From the IMG/VR virus record IMGVR_UViG_3300024270_002537: 64,000 bases of DNA; one strand, written 5' to 3'. This document shows, piece by piece, positions 37,866-48,047 of this stretch. The notes beneath the pieces are model-generated. The model was not told where the DNA came from. It saw only the letters and a program-made list of their open reading frames with translations, and did no database searches. The DNA is from an uncultured virus (IMG/VR IMGVR_UViG_3300024270_002537) (taxonomy: Duplodnaviria; Heunggongvirae; Uroviricota; Caudoviricetes). A program made the translations under genes and the position numbers. Numbering within the stretch: position 1 is the first letter of the stretch; every line of letters begins with the position of its first letter.

Positions 37866-39373
37866 TGGGAAATGTATTAGTGAAAGAAGAAACTCTGACA
37901 CTGATTGCAGATGCCATTCGTGAGAAAAGTGGTAGTAGTGATTCTTACAGACCAGGGGAAATGCCGGAGGCTATTCTGGACATTTCCACATACAGTGGGG
38001 AGGGTGCAGATCCGAATAAGCCGATTCGATTTTATGGACCATATGGAGATTTGATATACAGTTATACTTTTGCTGAGATTTCAGAATTGACAGAGTTGCC
38101 GCCATTACCGGAGTATAAAGGTCTGGTAGGACAAGAGTGGAACTGGTCATTGGAGAATATCCTTGCAGAAGGAAGTGAATTAGAAATTGCTTCTATGTAC
38201 ATCACAGATGATGGAGCCACAAGAATATATGTTACTTTGGACGAGGAAACCGTATCTCCTAAAATCGGTTTTATACAAGAAAATGCAAATTCAGTAAGGA
38301 TTGATTGGGGAGATGGTAGTCCTATGGAGTCTTCGGATGTCTATGGCACTTCAAATTTGGTTAGTGTCGAACATAGTTATGAGAAACCAGGGAATTATGT
38401 GATTCGCCTTGTCCCTGATGAGGGAGCAAAGTTTTGGCTTGAAGGAAGTACAAACGGAACCTGTATACTTCATAAGATTGCCAGAGGATCACTGGAAAAT
38501 ATGATTTTTTCAAATTGCATCTACAAAGTGGAGCTTGGGAGAGGCATAACTTCGTTAAGGGAAGGTACCTTTTGTAGTTACACTATAAAAACAGTGACGA
38601 TACCGAAAGAAATATCTGATTTTGGGAGAGGATTTCAAAAATGTTATGCTTTAGAATACTTGCCGTTTCCGAAAGGTGTGGATGATTTAACAAGTTCTGC
38701 TTTTGAAGGAAGTTGTTCATTGAAAAGGGTTATCTTTTCCGACACACACCTTTTCATGGAACAATATGCGTTTCATAATTGTACACAGTTAGAACACGTT
38801 GTTTTATCTTCAAAAGTAAAAGTGCATGGGTCATATGTCTTGGCCGGAAATAAGAAAATTGAAAAATTAGATTTATCAAAACAGAGTACAGAAATAAGTG
38901 AAAGTTCATTTTACGATTGCTCTAACTTAAAAGAAGTGATAATGCAAAAAACATTATGGAAAATTGGACAGAGTGCTTTCCGTTCATGTGATATGTTACA
39001 GGAAATAGAAGTGCCAGACACAGTGAATCAAATAGGTTCATACGCATTTGGTGATTGTCCTTCGCTTAGAAAAATAAATATACCTGAAGGGATAACGACA
39101 CTTCCGAGTAGCCTATTTTATGGATGCTATTCATTACAGGAAATCATAATACCTTCTACGGTTACTGAGATAGGGGCATATGCATTTAATAAATGCTATG
39201 GACTTCAAAGATATTATTTGTATCCAACAATTCCACCAACGCTTAGCAGAAGTTTGGACCTTGCGGCAACGGAAGGGATTGTGATTTATGTTCCGAAAGG
39301 ATGTCTGGAAGCATATCAAACGGCGGAGTATTGGAAAACTTATGCAGATTGCATGGTAGAAATGGAGGAATAA
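37865..39373 (+). CDS. BspA-type leucine-rich-repeat protein with PKD-like segment
   Basis: IDWGDGS, repeated IGxxAFxxCxxLxxIxIP. Confidence 0.85.
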   Translation: MGNVLVKEETLTLIADAIREKSGSSDSYRPGEMPEAILDISTYSGEGADPNKPIRFYGPYGDLIYSYTFAEISELTELPPLPEYKGLVGQEWNWSLENILAEGSELEIASMYITDDGATRIYVTLDEETVSPKIGFIQENANSVRIDWGDGSPMESSDVYGTSNLVSVEHSYEKPGNYVIRLVPDEGAKFWLEGSTNGTCILHKIARGSLENMIFSNCIYKVELGRGITSLREGTFCSYTIKTVTIPKEISDFGRGFQKCYALEYLPFPKGVDDLTSSAFEGSCSLKRVIFSDTHLFMEQYAFHNCTQLEHVVLSSKVKVHGSYVLAGNKKIEKLDLSKQSTEISESSFYDCSNLKEVIMQKTLWKIGQSAFRSCDMLQEIEVPDTVNQIGSYAFGDCPSLRKINIPEGITTLPSSLFYGCYSLQEIIIPSTVTEIGAYAFNKCYGLQRYYLYPTIPPTLSRSLDLAATEGIVIYVPKGCLEAYQTAEYWKTYADCMVEMEE

Positions 39374-39374
39374 C

Positions 39375-40976
39375 GTGAGGAAACTGAAAAAATATAAGCC
39401 AACAAAGTTCATGGCTGAGGATTCTGTGTACAGTCAGGAACTGGCGGATTATGCAGTTTCCTTTATTGAATGCCTGTGTCATACGAAAGGGACATGGGCG
39501 GGAAAGCCCTTTGAACTGATTGACTGGCAGGAACAGATTATTAGGGATGTGTTTGGAACTATCAAACCAAATGGTTATAGGCAATTCAACACAGCTTATA
39601 TTGAGATTCCTAAGAAAATGGGTAAATCAGAGTTGGCAGCAGCAGTCGCACTTTTGCTTACCTGTGGAGATGGAGAAGAGAGAGCAGAGGTTTATGGATG
39701 TGCCGCTGACAGGCAGCAGGCATCCATTGTATTTGAAGTTGCAGCGGATATGGTTAGGATGTGTCCGGCACTGAATAAGAGAGTAAAGATACTGGCATCT
39801 CAGAAGAGGATTATTTATCAGCCGACAAACAGCTTTTATCAGGTGTTGTCGGCTGAAGCCTATTCTAAGCATGGTTTTAATATCCATGGGGTTGTGTTTG
39901 ATGAGCTTCATACACAGCCGAACAGAAAACTGTTTGATGTTATGACCAAAGGTTCTGGAGATGCCAGAACACAGCCATTGTATTTTTTGATCACAACAGC
40001 GGGTACAGATACAAACAGTATCTGCTATGAAACACACCAGAAAGCAAAGGATATTATTGAGGGGCGAAAGATAGACCCGACATTTTATCCTGTTATTTAT
40101 GGTGCAGATGAGAATGATGACTGGACAGACCCGGAAGTGTGGAAGAAAGCAAATCCCTCACTGGGAATTACGGTTAGTATGGATAAGGTTCAGGCTGCTT
40201 GTGATTCTGCAAAACAGAATCCGGGAGAGGAAAATGCTTTCAGGCAGTTACGATTGAACCAATGGGTAAAACAGGCAGTCCGATGGATGCCAATGGAAAA
40301 ATGGGATGCTTGTGCGTTCCGTGTAAATGAAGACGATTTAGAAGGCCGTGTATGTTACGGTGGTCTGGACTTATCCTCCACCACTGACATCACGGCTTTT
40401 GTATTGGTGTTTCCACCGAGGGATGAGGATGATAAGTTTGCTATCTTGCCTTATTTCTGGATTCCGGAAGATACGTTGGAATTGCGAGTCAGACGCGACC
40501 ATGTTCCATATGATGTCTGGGAGAAACAAGGATACCTAATGACCACAGAGGGAAATGTTGTTCATTATGGATTTATTGAAAAATTCATAGAGAGACTGGG
40601 AGAGCGTTTCAATATCCGTGAAATTGCCTTTGACCGTTGGGGTGCTGTACAGATGGTGCAAAACCTTGAAGGGATGGGATTTACAGTTGTTCCATTTGGT
40701 CAGGGATTCAAAGACATGAGTCCTCCGACCAAAGAACTTATGAAGTTGACATTGGAACAGAAACTTGCCCACGGCGGGCATCCGGTTCTTCGGTGGATGA
40801 TGGACAACATTTATATCCGTAATGATCCGGCGGGAAACATCAAAGCAGACAAAGAGAAATCCACGGAGAAGATTGACGGTGCCATTGCGACCATTATGGG
40901 GTTGGACAGGGCAATCCGTTGTGGAAATGATGTCACAGCATCAGTTTATGATGAGCGTGGCATTTTATTTATCTGA
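39375..40976 (+). CDS. terL: terminase large subunit
   Basis: IPKKMGKSE, VFDELH, ITTAG, GGLDLS, KIDGAIA. Confidence 0.95.
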   Translation: MRKLKKYKPTKFMAEDSVYSQELADYAVSFIECLCHTKGTWAGKPFELIDWQEQIIRDVFGTIKPNGYRQFNTAYIEIPKKMGKSELAAAVALLLTCGDGEERAEVYGCAADRQQASIVFEVAADMVRMCPALNKRVKILASQKRIIYQPTNSFYQVLSAEAYSKHGFNIHGVVFDELHTQPNRKLFDVMTKGSGDARTQPLYFLITTAGTDTNSICYETHQKAKDIIEGRKIDPTFYPVIYGADENDDWTDPEVWKKANPSLGITVSMDKVQAACDSAKQNPGEENAFRQLRLNQWVKQAVRWMPMEKWDACAFRVNEDDLEGRVCYGGLDLSSTTDITAFVLVFPPRDEDDKFAILPYFWIPEDTLELRVRRDHVPYDVWEKQGYLMTTEGNVVHYGFIEKFIERLGERFNIREIAFDRWGAVQMVQNLEGMGFTVVPFGQGFKDMSPPTKELMKLTLEQKLAHGGHPVLRWMMDNIYIRNDPAGNIKADKEKSTEKIDGAIATIMGLDRAIRCGNDVTASVYDERGILFI

Positions 40977-41116
40977 TTGCAGCTGTACTTGACGATGCGT
41001 GGTCAAACATAATCATTGACTGTGTATTGTATGCAGCTTTCGGCAATTTTTCACTGCTAAATACATCCACGTATTTATGTGATATACTGATCTCATCTTA
41101 AAAACGGAGGTCAGTT

Positions 41117-41383
41117 ATGGAACAAAAATTTTATGATTATTTAGTAAGTCGAGGATTTAAGGAATACGCACCGTGCGGAAGAAAAAGTACAGTTTACAGC
41201 TATTGTAATCGTATTAACCTTGTATGCGACTTGGAGAAAATGACATGGGAAGAACTGGGAAATAACATTTTGCAGATTATTCCTAAATATGATGAGGGTG
41301 GAATACATGAAGATATTGGAAAGAAATCAAACAGAACATGTATAAATGCCCTGAAAGCATATGCAGATTTTGTGGGAAAGTAG
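41117..41383 (+). CDS. hypothetical moron protein
   Basis: Own extended -10-like signal (TGTGATATACT), RBS GGAGG and downstream terminator. Confidence 0.75.
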   Translation: MEQKFYDYLVSRGFKEYAPCGRKSTVYSYCNRINLVCDLEKMTWEELGNNILQIIPKYDEGGIHEDIGKKSNRTCINALKAYADFVGK

Positions 41384-41454
41384 TATAGAGAGCATCTATC
41401 AGAAAAATGGTAGGTGCTTTTTTCATGCAGTTTTTTAGAAGGAGAGTGAGGAAC

Positions 41455-42804
41455 ATGGGAATTTTATCAGGAATTTTTAAGTCAAGAGATAAGCCACAGA
41501 ATGCAACATCCGGTAGTGCATACCGATTCTTTATCGGTGGTAGTTCCAGTGGGAAGAATGTCAATGAGCGTTCTGCCATGCAGATGACAGCGGTGTATTC
41601 CTGTGTGCGTATTTTATCAGAGGCGGTGGCAAGTCTTCCGCTTCATGTTTACAAATACAACGGAGATGGTGGAAAGGAGAAAGCGGTAAAACATCCGCTT
41701 TATTTTTTGCTCCATGATGAACCGAATCCGGAAATGACTTCCTTTGTATTCAGGGAGACATTGATGACGCATTTGCTCCTCTGGGGCAATGCATACGCCC
41801 AGATAATCCGCAATGGCAAGGGAGAAATCATTGCATTGTATCCGTTGATGCCGAACCGAATGACGGTGGACAGGGATGATAAGGGACAGCTTTATTATCA
41901 GTACAACACCAGTAAGGATGATGCACCGACCATGAAGGGGAGCATGGTCAATCTGAAACCTTCGGATGTGCTTCACATTCCCGGTCTTGGATTTGACGGA
42001 TTGGTTGGATATTCTCCGATTGCAATGGCAAAGAATGCGATTGGTATGGCGATTGCCTGTGAAGAGTATGGTGCAAAGTTCTTTGCAAATGGTGCCACAC
42101 CGGGCGGTATTCTGGAGCATCCGGGAACCGTAAAGGACCCACAAAGGGTAAGGGAGAGTTGGACATCTGCCTTTGGTGGAAGTTCCAATGCCAATAAGGT
42201 TGCAGTTCTGGAAGAGGGAATGAAGTACACACCGATTTCTATTTCACCGGAACAGGCACAGTTTTTAGAAACAAGAAAATTTCAGATAAATGAAATAGCT
42301 CGTATTTTCCGAGTTCCACCACACATGGTTGGGGATTTGGAGAAGTCGAGCTTTTCTAATATAGAGCAACAGTCTTTGGAGTTCGTGAAGTACACCTTAG
42401 ACCCTTGGGTGGCTAGGTGGGAACAGGCCATTGTCCGTTCTTTATTTTCTGCGGATGAAAAAACACAATACTTTGTCAAGTTCAATGTGGATGGGTTGCT
42501 CCGTGGCGATTATCAGAGCCGTATGAATGGTTATGCCATTGGCAGACAGAACGGTTGGATGAGTGCCAATGATATCAGGGAACTTGAAAATCTTGACCGT
42601 ATTCCGGAAGAGGAAGGTGGCAATCTGTACCTTATCAACGGGAATATGACCAAATTAAAAGACGCAGGGATATTTGCGGGAAAGGAGAACGAACCGAATG
42701 AAGAAGTTTTGGAAGTGGAAGAACCAAAAGGTTCTGAATCAGGAGACACAGATGGAAACGGTGGAGAGAACACTGTTCCTAAACGGCACCATCGCAGAGG
42801 ATAG
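41455..42804 (+). CDS. HK97-family portal protein
   Basis: AVYSCVRIL, LLLWGNAY, EIARIFRVPPHMVG. Confidence 0.95.
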   Translation: MGILSGIFKSRDKPQNATSGSAYRFFIGGSSSGKNVNERSAMQMTAVYSCVRILSEAVASLPLHVYKYNGDGGKEKAVKHPLYFLLHDEPNPEMTSFVFRETLMTHLLLWGNAYAQIIRNGKGEIIALYPLMPNRMTVDRDDKGQLYYQYNTSKDDAPTMKGSMVNLKPSDVLHIPGLGFDGLVGYSPIAMAKNAIGMAIACEEYGAKFFANGATPGGILEHPGTVKDPQRVRESWTSAFGGSSNANKVAVLEEGMKYTPISISPEQAQFLETRKFQINEIARIFRVPPHMVGDLEKSSFSNIEQQSLEFVKYTLDPWVARWEQAIVRSLFSADEKTQYFVKFNVDGLLRGDYQSRMNGYAIGRQNGWMSANDIRELENLDRIPEEEGGNLYLINGNMTKLKDAGIFAGKENEPNEEVLEVEEPKGSESGDTDGNGGENTVPKRHHRRG

Positions 42805-43453
42805 CTGGTTTGATGATGACGTCACACCGCAAATGTTCAAGGAAGAATTGATGGACGGAAATGGAAACATTACGGTCTGGATCAATTCGCCCGGTGGAGA
42901 TTGCGTGGCGGCTGCCCAGATTTACAACATGCTCCGTGAGTATGATGGCAGGGTCACAGTCAAGATTGACGGGATTGCAGCGTCAGCAGCTTCGGTCATT
43001 GCCATGGCCGGTGATACGGTGCTGATGTCTCCGGTATCCATGATGATGATTCACAATCCGATGACCATTGCTTTTGGCGATTCCGGCGAGATGCAGAGAG
43101 CCATTGACATGCTGAAAAGCGTAAAGGATTCCATCATCAATGCTTATGAGTTGAAAACCGGAATGTCCAGAACAAAACTGGCACATCTCATGGATGCAGA
43201 AACATGGATGGATGCGAATAAGGCGATTGAGCTTGGATTTGCAGATGAAGTCATCCAGAGAAATGGTGCTGTGGATGAGATGGAAGTTCCACAGGTATCC
43301 ATGCTGTATTCAAAAACAGCGGTGGTCAATTCCTTAATGGATAAGATTGCTGAAAAATGTCGAATCCAGCAGAAAAAAGAAACTGAAAACAGTAACAAAG
43401 TCAAAGCCGATTCGCTGATGAGTCGGCTTAATTTAATGAAAAATTGGAGGTAA
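42698..43453 (+). CDS. ClpP-like head maturation protease
   Basis: INSPGGD, AASAASVIAMAG, MMIHNP, ETWM. Confidence 0.93.
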   Translation: MKKFWKWKNQKVLNQETQMETVERTLFLNGTIAEDSWFDDDVTPQMFKEELMDGNGNITVWINSPGGDCVAAAQIYNMLREYDGRVTVKIDGIAASAASVIAMAGDTVLMSPVSMMMIHNPMTIAFGDSGEMQRAIDMLKSVKDSIINAYELKTGMSRTKLAHLMDAETWMDANKAIELGFADEVIQRNGAVDEMEVPQVSMLYSKTAVVNSLMDKIAEKCRIQQKKETENSNKVKADSLMSRLNLMKNWR

Positions 43454-43459
43454 TCTACT

Positions 43460-44653
43460 ATGACTATTTTAGAACTGAGAGAAAAGAGAAACAAAGCGTG
43501 GGAAGCTGCTAAGGCTTTCGTGGAAACAAAACGTGATAAGGATGGTCTGTTATCCGCTGAGGATGCAGCGACTTATGCAGAGATGGAACAGAAGGTGCAG
43601 AATTATTCTGCTGAGATTGCACGTATGGAAGAGATGGAGGCTATGGAAGCAGAGCTTAACAAGCCTGTGAATACTCCGATTACAGGTAAGCCTATGAATG
43701 GTGCGGTTGGTCAGGAGAAAAAGACTGGTCGTGCTTCCAACGAATATAAGGAAGCAATGCTCCATGCAATCCGTAACAATTTCCGTAATATCAGAAACGT
43801 GCTTTCTGAGGGTATTGATACCGACGGTGGTTATCTCGTACCGGAAGAGTACGATTCCAGATTGATCGAAGGTCTGGAAGAGGAAAATATCTTCCGTAGA
43901 CTTGGTACAACCATTACAACCAGTGGAGAACGCAAGATTAACATTGCGGGTTCTAAACCGGCTGCGGCATGGATTGACGAAGGGGAGGCATTAACCTTTG
44001 GTGATGCGAAGTTCGACCAGATCAATCTCGATGCCCATAAACTCCATGTAGCTGTAAAGGTTACAGAAGAGTTGCTTTATGACAATGCATTTGGCTTAGA
44101 GAATTACTTAATCCGTCAGTTCTCCAGAGCATTGGCAAATGCAGAAGAGGATGCATTCCTCAATGGAGATGGCACCGGCAAGCCTCTTGGTATTTTTGCA
44201 GAAGAAGGTGGCGGAGAGATTGGTGTGACTGCTGCAAGTGCAACAGAGATTACAGCAGATGAAATCATCAATCTTGTGTACGCATTAAAGCGCCCTTACC
44301 GTAAGAAAGCGAAGTTCATTATGAACGATGCGACGATTGCGGCACTTCGTAAGCTAAAAGATGAAAACGGTCAGTATTTATGGCAGCCTTCTTTACAGGC
44401 TGGAGAACCGGACAGACTCTTTGGCTATGAAGTGATGACTTCTGCATATGTTCCTACCATTGCTGCAGGTAAGCCGGTTATCGCCTTTGGTGATTTCAGC
44501 TACTACAACATTGGAGACCGTGGAGTTCGTTCTTTCGCAGAGCTTAAGGAACTCTTTGCCGGAAATGGTATGGTCGGCTTTGTTGCAAAGGAACGTGTGG
44601 ATGGTAAGTTAGTGCTTGCCGAAGCAGTTCAGGTGCTTAAGATGGGTGCCTAA
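43460..44653 (+). CDS. HK97-family major capsid protein
   Basis: GGYLVPEE, AFLNGDG..KPLGI, YLWQP, FGDFS. Confidence 0.95.
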   Translation: MTILELREKRNKAWEAAKAFVETKRDKDGLLSAEDAATYAEMEQKVQNYSAEIARMEEMEAMEAELNKPVNTPITGKPMNGAVGQEKKTGRASNEYKEAMLHAIRNNFRNIRNVLSEGIDTDGGYLVPEEYDSRLIEGLEEENIFRRLGTTITTSGERKINIAGSKPAAAWIDEGEALTFGDAKFDQINLDAHKLHVAVKVTEELLYDNAFGLENYLIRQFSRALANAEEDAFLNGDGTGKPLGIFAEEGGGEIGVTAASATEITADEIINLVYALKRPYRKKAKFIMNDATIAALRKLKDENGQYLWQPSLQAGEPDRLFGYEVMTSAYVPTIAAGKPVIAFGDFSYYNIGDRGVRSFAELKELFAGNGMVGFVAKERVDGKLVLAEAVQVLKMGA

Positions 44654-44765
44654 TCCTGATGACAGGGTGGTGTCGGCTTAGTCCGGCACCATCTTAATAT
44701 GTTCTAAAACGGAACATAAAAGTCGAAATGTGTCGAAAAGTGACACAAGATGCGGAGGTGGAAAC

Positions 44766-45041
44766 GTGGTAGTTACGTTGGATGAAATGAAAAAATATCT
44801 TCGTGTGGACTTTGAGGATGATGATGTTCTGCTCCGTAATATCATGGAATCCGCCCAGACGTTATGCATGGATGTGGCCAGAATAACGGATGAGGATGCT
44901 TTTGAGGAAGAGCCTTGTGCCAGAATTGCAGTCATGTATGCGGTTGCGTACCTGTATGAACACAGGGAAGAAGCAGACCATCATGCATTAACATTATCAC
45001 TCCGTTCTTTACTTTTTGGGTGCAGACAGGAGGAATTCTGA
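44766..45041 (+). CDS. head-tail connector (gp6-like)
   Basis: TLDEMKKYLRVD...YLYEHRE. Confidence 0.88.
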   Translation: MVVTLDEMKKYLRVDFEDDDVLLRNIMESAQTLCMDVARITDEDAFEEEPCARIAVMYAVAYLYEHREEADHHALTLSLRSLLFGCRQEEF

Positions 45042-45373
45042 TGAAGGTATCTTTGTTGAATGAGAAAATCCTGTTCCAGAAGAGCGCTGTGATGTCGGAT
45101 GCCATTGGCAACCGTAAAAATGCCTGGGAAGATTATTATTCCTGTTTTGCCACCATTGGTGGGGAAGGGGGGAATGAGAAATCAGAAGCCGGTCAGACAG
45201 TGGATGGTGCAAGTATTACATTTACAGTCAGGTATTGCAATCAACTTGTGGACATCGTGTCCACAGGTTTCCGTATCCTGTTTCGCGGGGAGATTTACAA
45301 CATTCTTTCCGTAGACCACATGAATTATAAAAAGAAATCTTTGAAATTCCGATGTGAGAAAGCGAGGCGGTAA
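45041..45373 (+). CDS. head closure / head-tail adaptor
   Basis: ITFTVRY...RILFRGEIYNILSVD, gene order. Confidence 0.85.
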   Translation: MKVSLLNEKILFQKSAVMSDAIGNRKNAWEDYYSCFATIGGEGGNEKSEAGQTVDGASITFTVRYCNQLVDIVSTGFRILFRGEIYNILSVDHMNYKKKSLKFRCEKARR

Positions 45374-45375
45374 AA

Positions 45376-45756
45376 GTGGCGTCCACAGTAAATATCAATG
45401 ACATGGCAGATGTGATCATGCAAGGGCTGACAGAATTTGCAGAACTTGCCACGGATGACATGAAAGAAGCTGTGAAACATGCAAGTACCACAGTCCGTAA
45501 GGAGATAAAGGCAAATGCTCCGGAGGATACCGGAAAGTATGCAAAGAGCTGGACAGCAAAGAAGGTCAGGGAAACATCCCAGACTCTGACAATGGTGGTT
45601 CATTCTAAGAACCGGTATCAGCTTGCACATCTTCTGGAATATGGTCATGCCAAAAGAAATGGCGGCAGGGTGGAAGGGAAAGCCCACATCGCACCGGCGG
45701 AACAGCATGGAATCAGACAGTTACAGGAAGAGATAGAAAGAGCACTGAGAGGTTAG
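45376..45756 (+). CDS. HK97 gp10-like neck protein
   Basis: APEDTGKYAKSW, AHLLEYGH. Confidence 0.85.
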   Translation: MASTVNINDMADVIMQGLTEFAELATDDMKEAVKHASTTVRKEIKANAPEDTGKYAKSWTAKKVRETSQTLTMVVHSKNRYQLAHLLEYGHAKRNGGRVEGKAHIAPAEQHGIRQLQEEIERALRG

Positions 45757-45759
45757 AAG

Positions 45760-46077
45760 ATGGAAGAATTATTGCAGATTTTAAGTGAAACTCAGATTCC
45801 CTTTGCATACCATCACTTTGCAGAGGGGGAATCACCAGAGCCGCCATTTATCTGCTATCTGCTTCCGGGAAGCAATAACTTCTCAGCGGATGGCAAGGTC
45901 TATTACAAGATAAATGAGGTTCATATAGAACTGTACACCGATTTGAAAGATTTGGCGGTGGAACAGCAGTTAGAGGATGTGTTGGATGAACACGGAATCT
46001 TTTACAACAAATCTGAAACTTGGATAGAGAGCGAAAAGCTCTATGAAGTCCTTTACACATTTGAGATGGAGGTATAG
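45760..46077 (+). CDS. tail terminator/completion protein
   Basis: Gene order, PPFICY...IELYT. Confidence 0.7.
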   Translation: MEELLQILSETQIPFAYHHFAEGESPEPPFICYLLPGSNNFSADGKVYYKINEVHIELYTDLKDLAVEQQLEDVLDEHGIFYNKSETWIESEKLYEVLYTFEMEV

Positions 46078-46079
46078 AG

Positions 46080-46673
46080 ATGTCAGAGAAAAATAACAAA
46101 GTAAAATATAATCTGAAAAATGCACATTACGCATTACTCACCATTGCAGAAGATGGCACGTTTTCCTATGGAGATCCGAAATCTATTCCGGGTTCGGTGT
46201 CTATTTCACTGGATGCGAACGGAGAACCGGAAAACTTCTATGCAGATGGTATCGCCTACTATGTTATTAACAATAACATGGGCTATGAGGGAGATTTGGA
46301 ACTTGCACTTATTCCGGAAGATTTCCGTACAGAAATCCTGAAGGAAGAGTTAGATGATAACGGTGTTCTGATTGAGAATGCACAGGTGGAATTGGAGTCC
46401 TTTGCACTCTTGTTTGAATTTGATGGCGACCAAAGACATATTCGCCATGTGCTTTATAATTGTGCCGCATCCAGACCGGGTATCGAGGGCAAGACTAATG
46501 AGGATACCAGAGAGGTACAGACAGAAACATTGACCATTAAAGCAACACCGCTTTCCAGTGGTCTTGTGAAGGCGAAAACAGGAAATACCACAGACACAAC
46601 CGTTTACAATGACTGGTACAAATCTGTGTATATGCCTGTTACGACAGAAGAGGATGACGGAGGTGTGGCATAA
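46080..46673 (+). CDS. major tail protein (phi13 family)
   Basis: VKYNLKNAHYA, FYADG, HVLYNC. Confidence 0.9.
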   Translation: MSEKNNKVKYNLKNAHYALLTIAEDGTFSYGDPKSIPGSVSISLDANGEPENFYADGIAYYVINNNMGYEGDLELALIPEDFRTEILKEELDDNGVLIENAQVELESFALLFEFDGDQRHIRHVLYNCAASRPGIEGKTNEDTREVQTETLTIKATPLSSGLVKAKTGNTTDTTVYNDWYKSVYMPVTTEEDDGGVA

Positions 46674-47050
46674 TGAGCATGATTAAGCAGATTGAGATTG
46701 ACGGTAAGCAGGTGTCCTTTAAGGCATCTGCTGCCATTCCGAGAATTTACCGCATGAAGTTCCAGAGGGATATTTATAAGGACCTGAAAGCATTGGAAAA
46801 ATCCATTGGTGACAACAGTGAGGAAAGCTCCAATCTGGACATGTTTTCTTTGGAGATGTTTGAGAATATCGCATTTGTCATGGCAAAACATGCAGATGCA
46901 AGCATTCCGAACACACCGGAAGAGTGGTTGGATGGATTCAACACCTTTTCCATTTATCAGGTGCTTCCACAGCTCATTGAACTCTGGGGATTGAATGTGC
47001 AGACCGATGTGGAAGCTAAAAAAAACTTCGTCCGACAGACCGTGAAATGA
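46673..47050 (+). CDS. tail assembly chaperone (gpG-like)
   Basis: Position after the major tail gene, slippery AAAAAAAAC at 47018-47026. Confidence 0.8.
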   Translation: MSMIKQIEIDGKQVSFKASAAIPRIYRMKFQRDIYKDLKALEKSIGDNSEESSNLDMFSLEMFENIAFVMAKHADASIPNTPEEWLDGFNTFSIYQVLPQLIELWGLNVQTDVEAKKNFVRQTVK

Positions 47051-47211
47051 CAACACCATTGTTCCTTCTCCGATGCGTACAATTAGGCTTGTCGATGGCA
47101 GATTTGGAGCTACTGTCGATAGGCCTTATCAATGATATGTATGCGGAAAGCAGAAATGATGATTGCAAATACGCACAGCTTGCAACACAGGAAGATTTCG
47201 ATAGATTTTGA
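47047..47211 (+). CDS. tail assembly chaperone extension (gpT-like, -1 frame)
   Basis: Translated by hand: MTTPLFLLRCVQLGLSMADL...ATQEDFDRF. The frame is open back to the slippery site. Confidence 0.75.
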   Translation: MTTPLFLLRCVQLGLSMADLELLSIGLINDMYAESRNDDCKYAQLATQEDFDRF

Positions 47212-47282
47212 TAAATTTGCCCATAAGTATAGTTTCTGTTATACTGATATGGGGTCTTATGTAAGTGGGAGAGGAGAAGATT

Positions 47283-47981
47283 ATGGAAATGTATGAGAAT
47301 GAGGAAGGGAAAAGGTATTACAAAATACCAAAGAATGGATTTTGGATAGGACTATGCATGATGCTGGCTGTTATAGCCGGATTAGGCACATTGCTTATCC
47401 TAAAAGCCGAAATAAAAGCTAAAACTTACAGAACAGAGCATGAAACGCTTGTTTCAACATTAGAGAATGTTGATGCGTGTTATCTTTGTGGATTGAATGA
47501 AAGAAGTTTAATGGGCTATTATCGAAAATTTGATACTCTGGGTGTCATTGGATTGAATGAGTGGTATGTTATTGACCTTCGATTAAAAGAATATGATTCC
47601 AAAGGGAATGAAATAACGGAGGGCTTATCATATAACAGTAGCACATTTGGTAATTCACAAGGTGTGACATATCATGTAGACGGGAATCCAGCAAGAGGAA
47701 TGAGCAGAGCGTCATTTTCTTCTGATACAGGTTTTGATTCCACGATTATTAAGGAACATCTGTGTCAGACATGCTTGGATAAAGTGACAGAGACTTTGGT
47801 AACGTATCAGAGAAAAGGAAAAAATGATTATGTTCCATTTGTAGTGGTGGATTTTGAAACGCTCGAATTATATGCAATGCAGAAGGAAAATATAGGTTTT
47901 ATGGTCAGGGATTATTGGGTCTCACTTGATCATGATGATGAAGAAATAAAAGTGGAGGCATATTATTTGCCGGAAAGATAA
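47283..47981 (+). CDS. membrane-anchored hypothetical moron protein with two CxxC motifs
   Basis: N-terminal TM helix, CYLC and CQTC, upstream TGTTATACT and downstream terminator. Confidence 0.75.
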   Translation: MEMYENEEGKRYYKIPKNGFWIGLCMMLAVIAGLGTLLILKAEIKAKTYRTEHETLVSTLENVDACYLCGLNERSLMGYYRKFDTLGVIGLNEWYVIDLRLKEYDSKGNEITEGLSYNSSTFGNSQGVTYHVDGNPARGMSRASFSSDTGFDSTIIKEHLCQTCLDKVTETLVTYQRKGKNDYVPFVVVDFETLELYAMQKENIGFMVRDYWVSLDHDDEEIKVEAYYLPER

Positions 47982-48047
47982 ATACAATGTGGCATCTGTC
48001 AGAAATGATGGGTGCCTTTTTTGTGCTCAAAAATAGGAAGGGATGAG

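Noticed and set aside
37865..39373. LRR gene as a possible diversity-generating retroelement target
   Set aside because: No reverse transcriptase and no template/variable repeat pair visible in the window.
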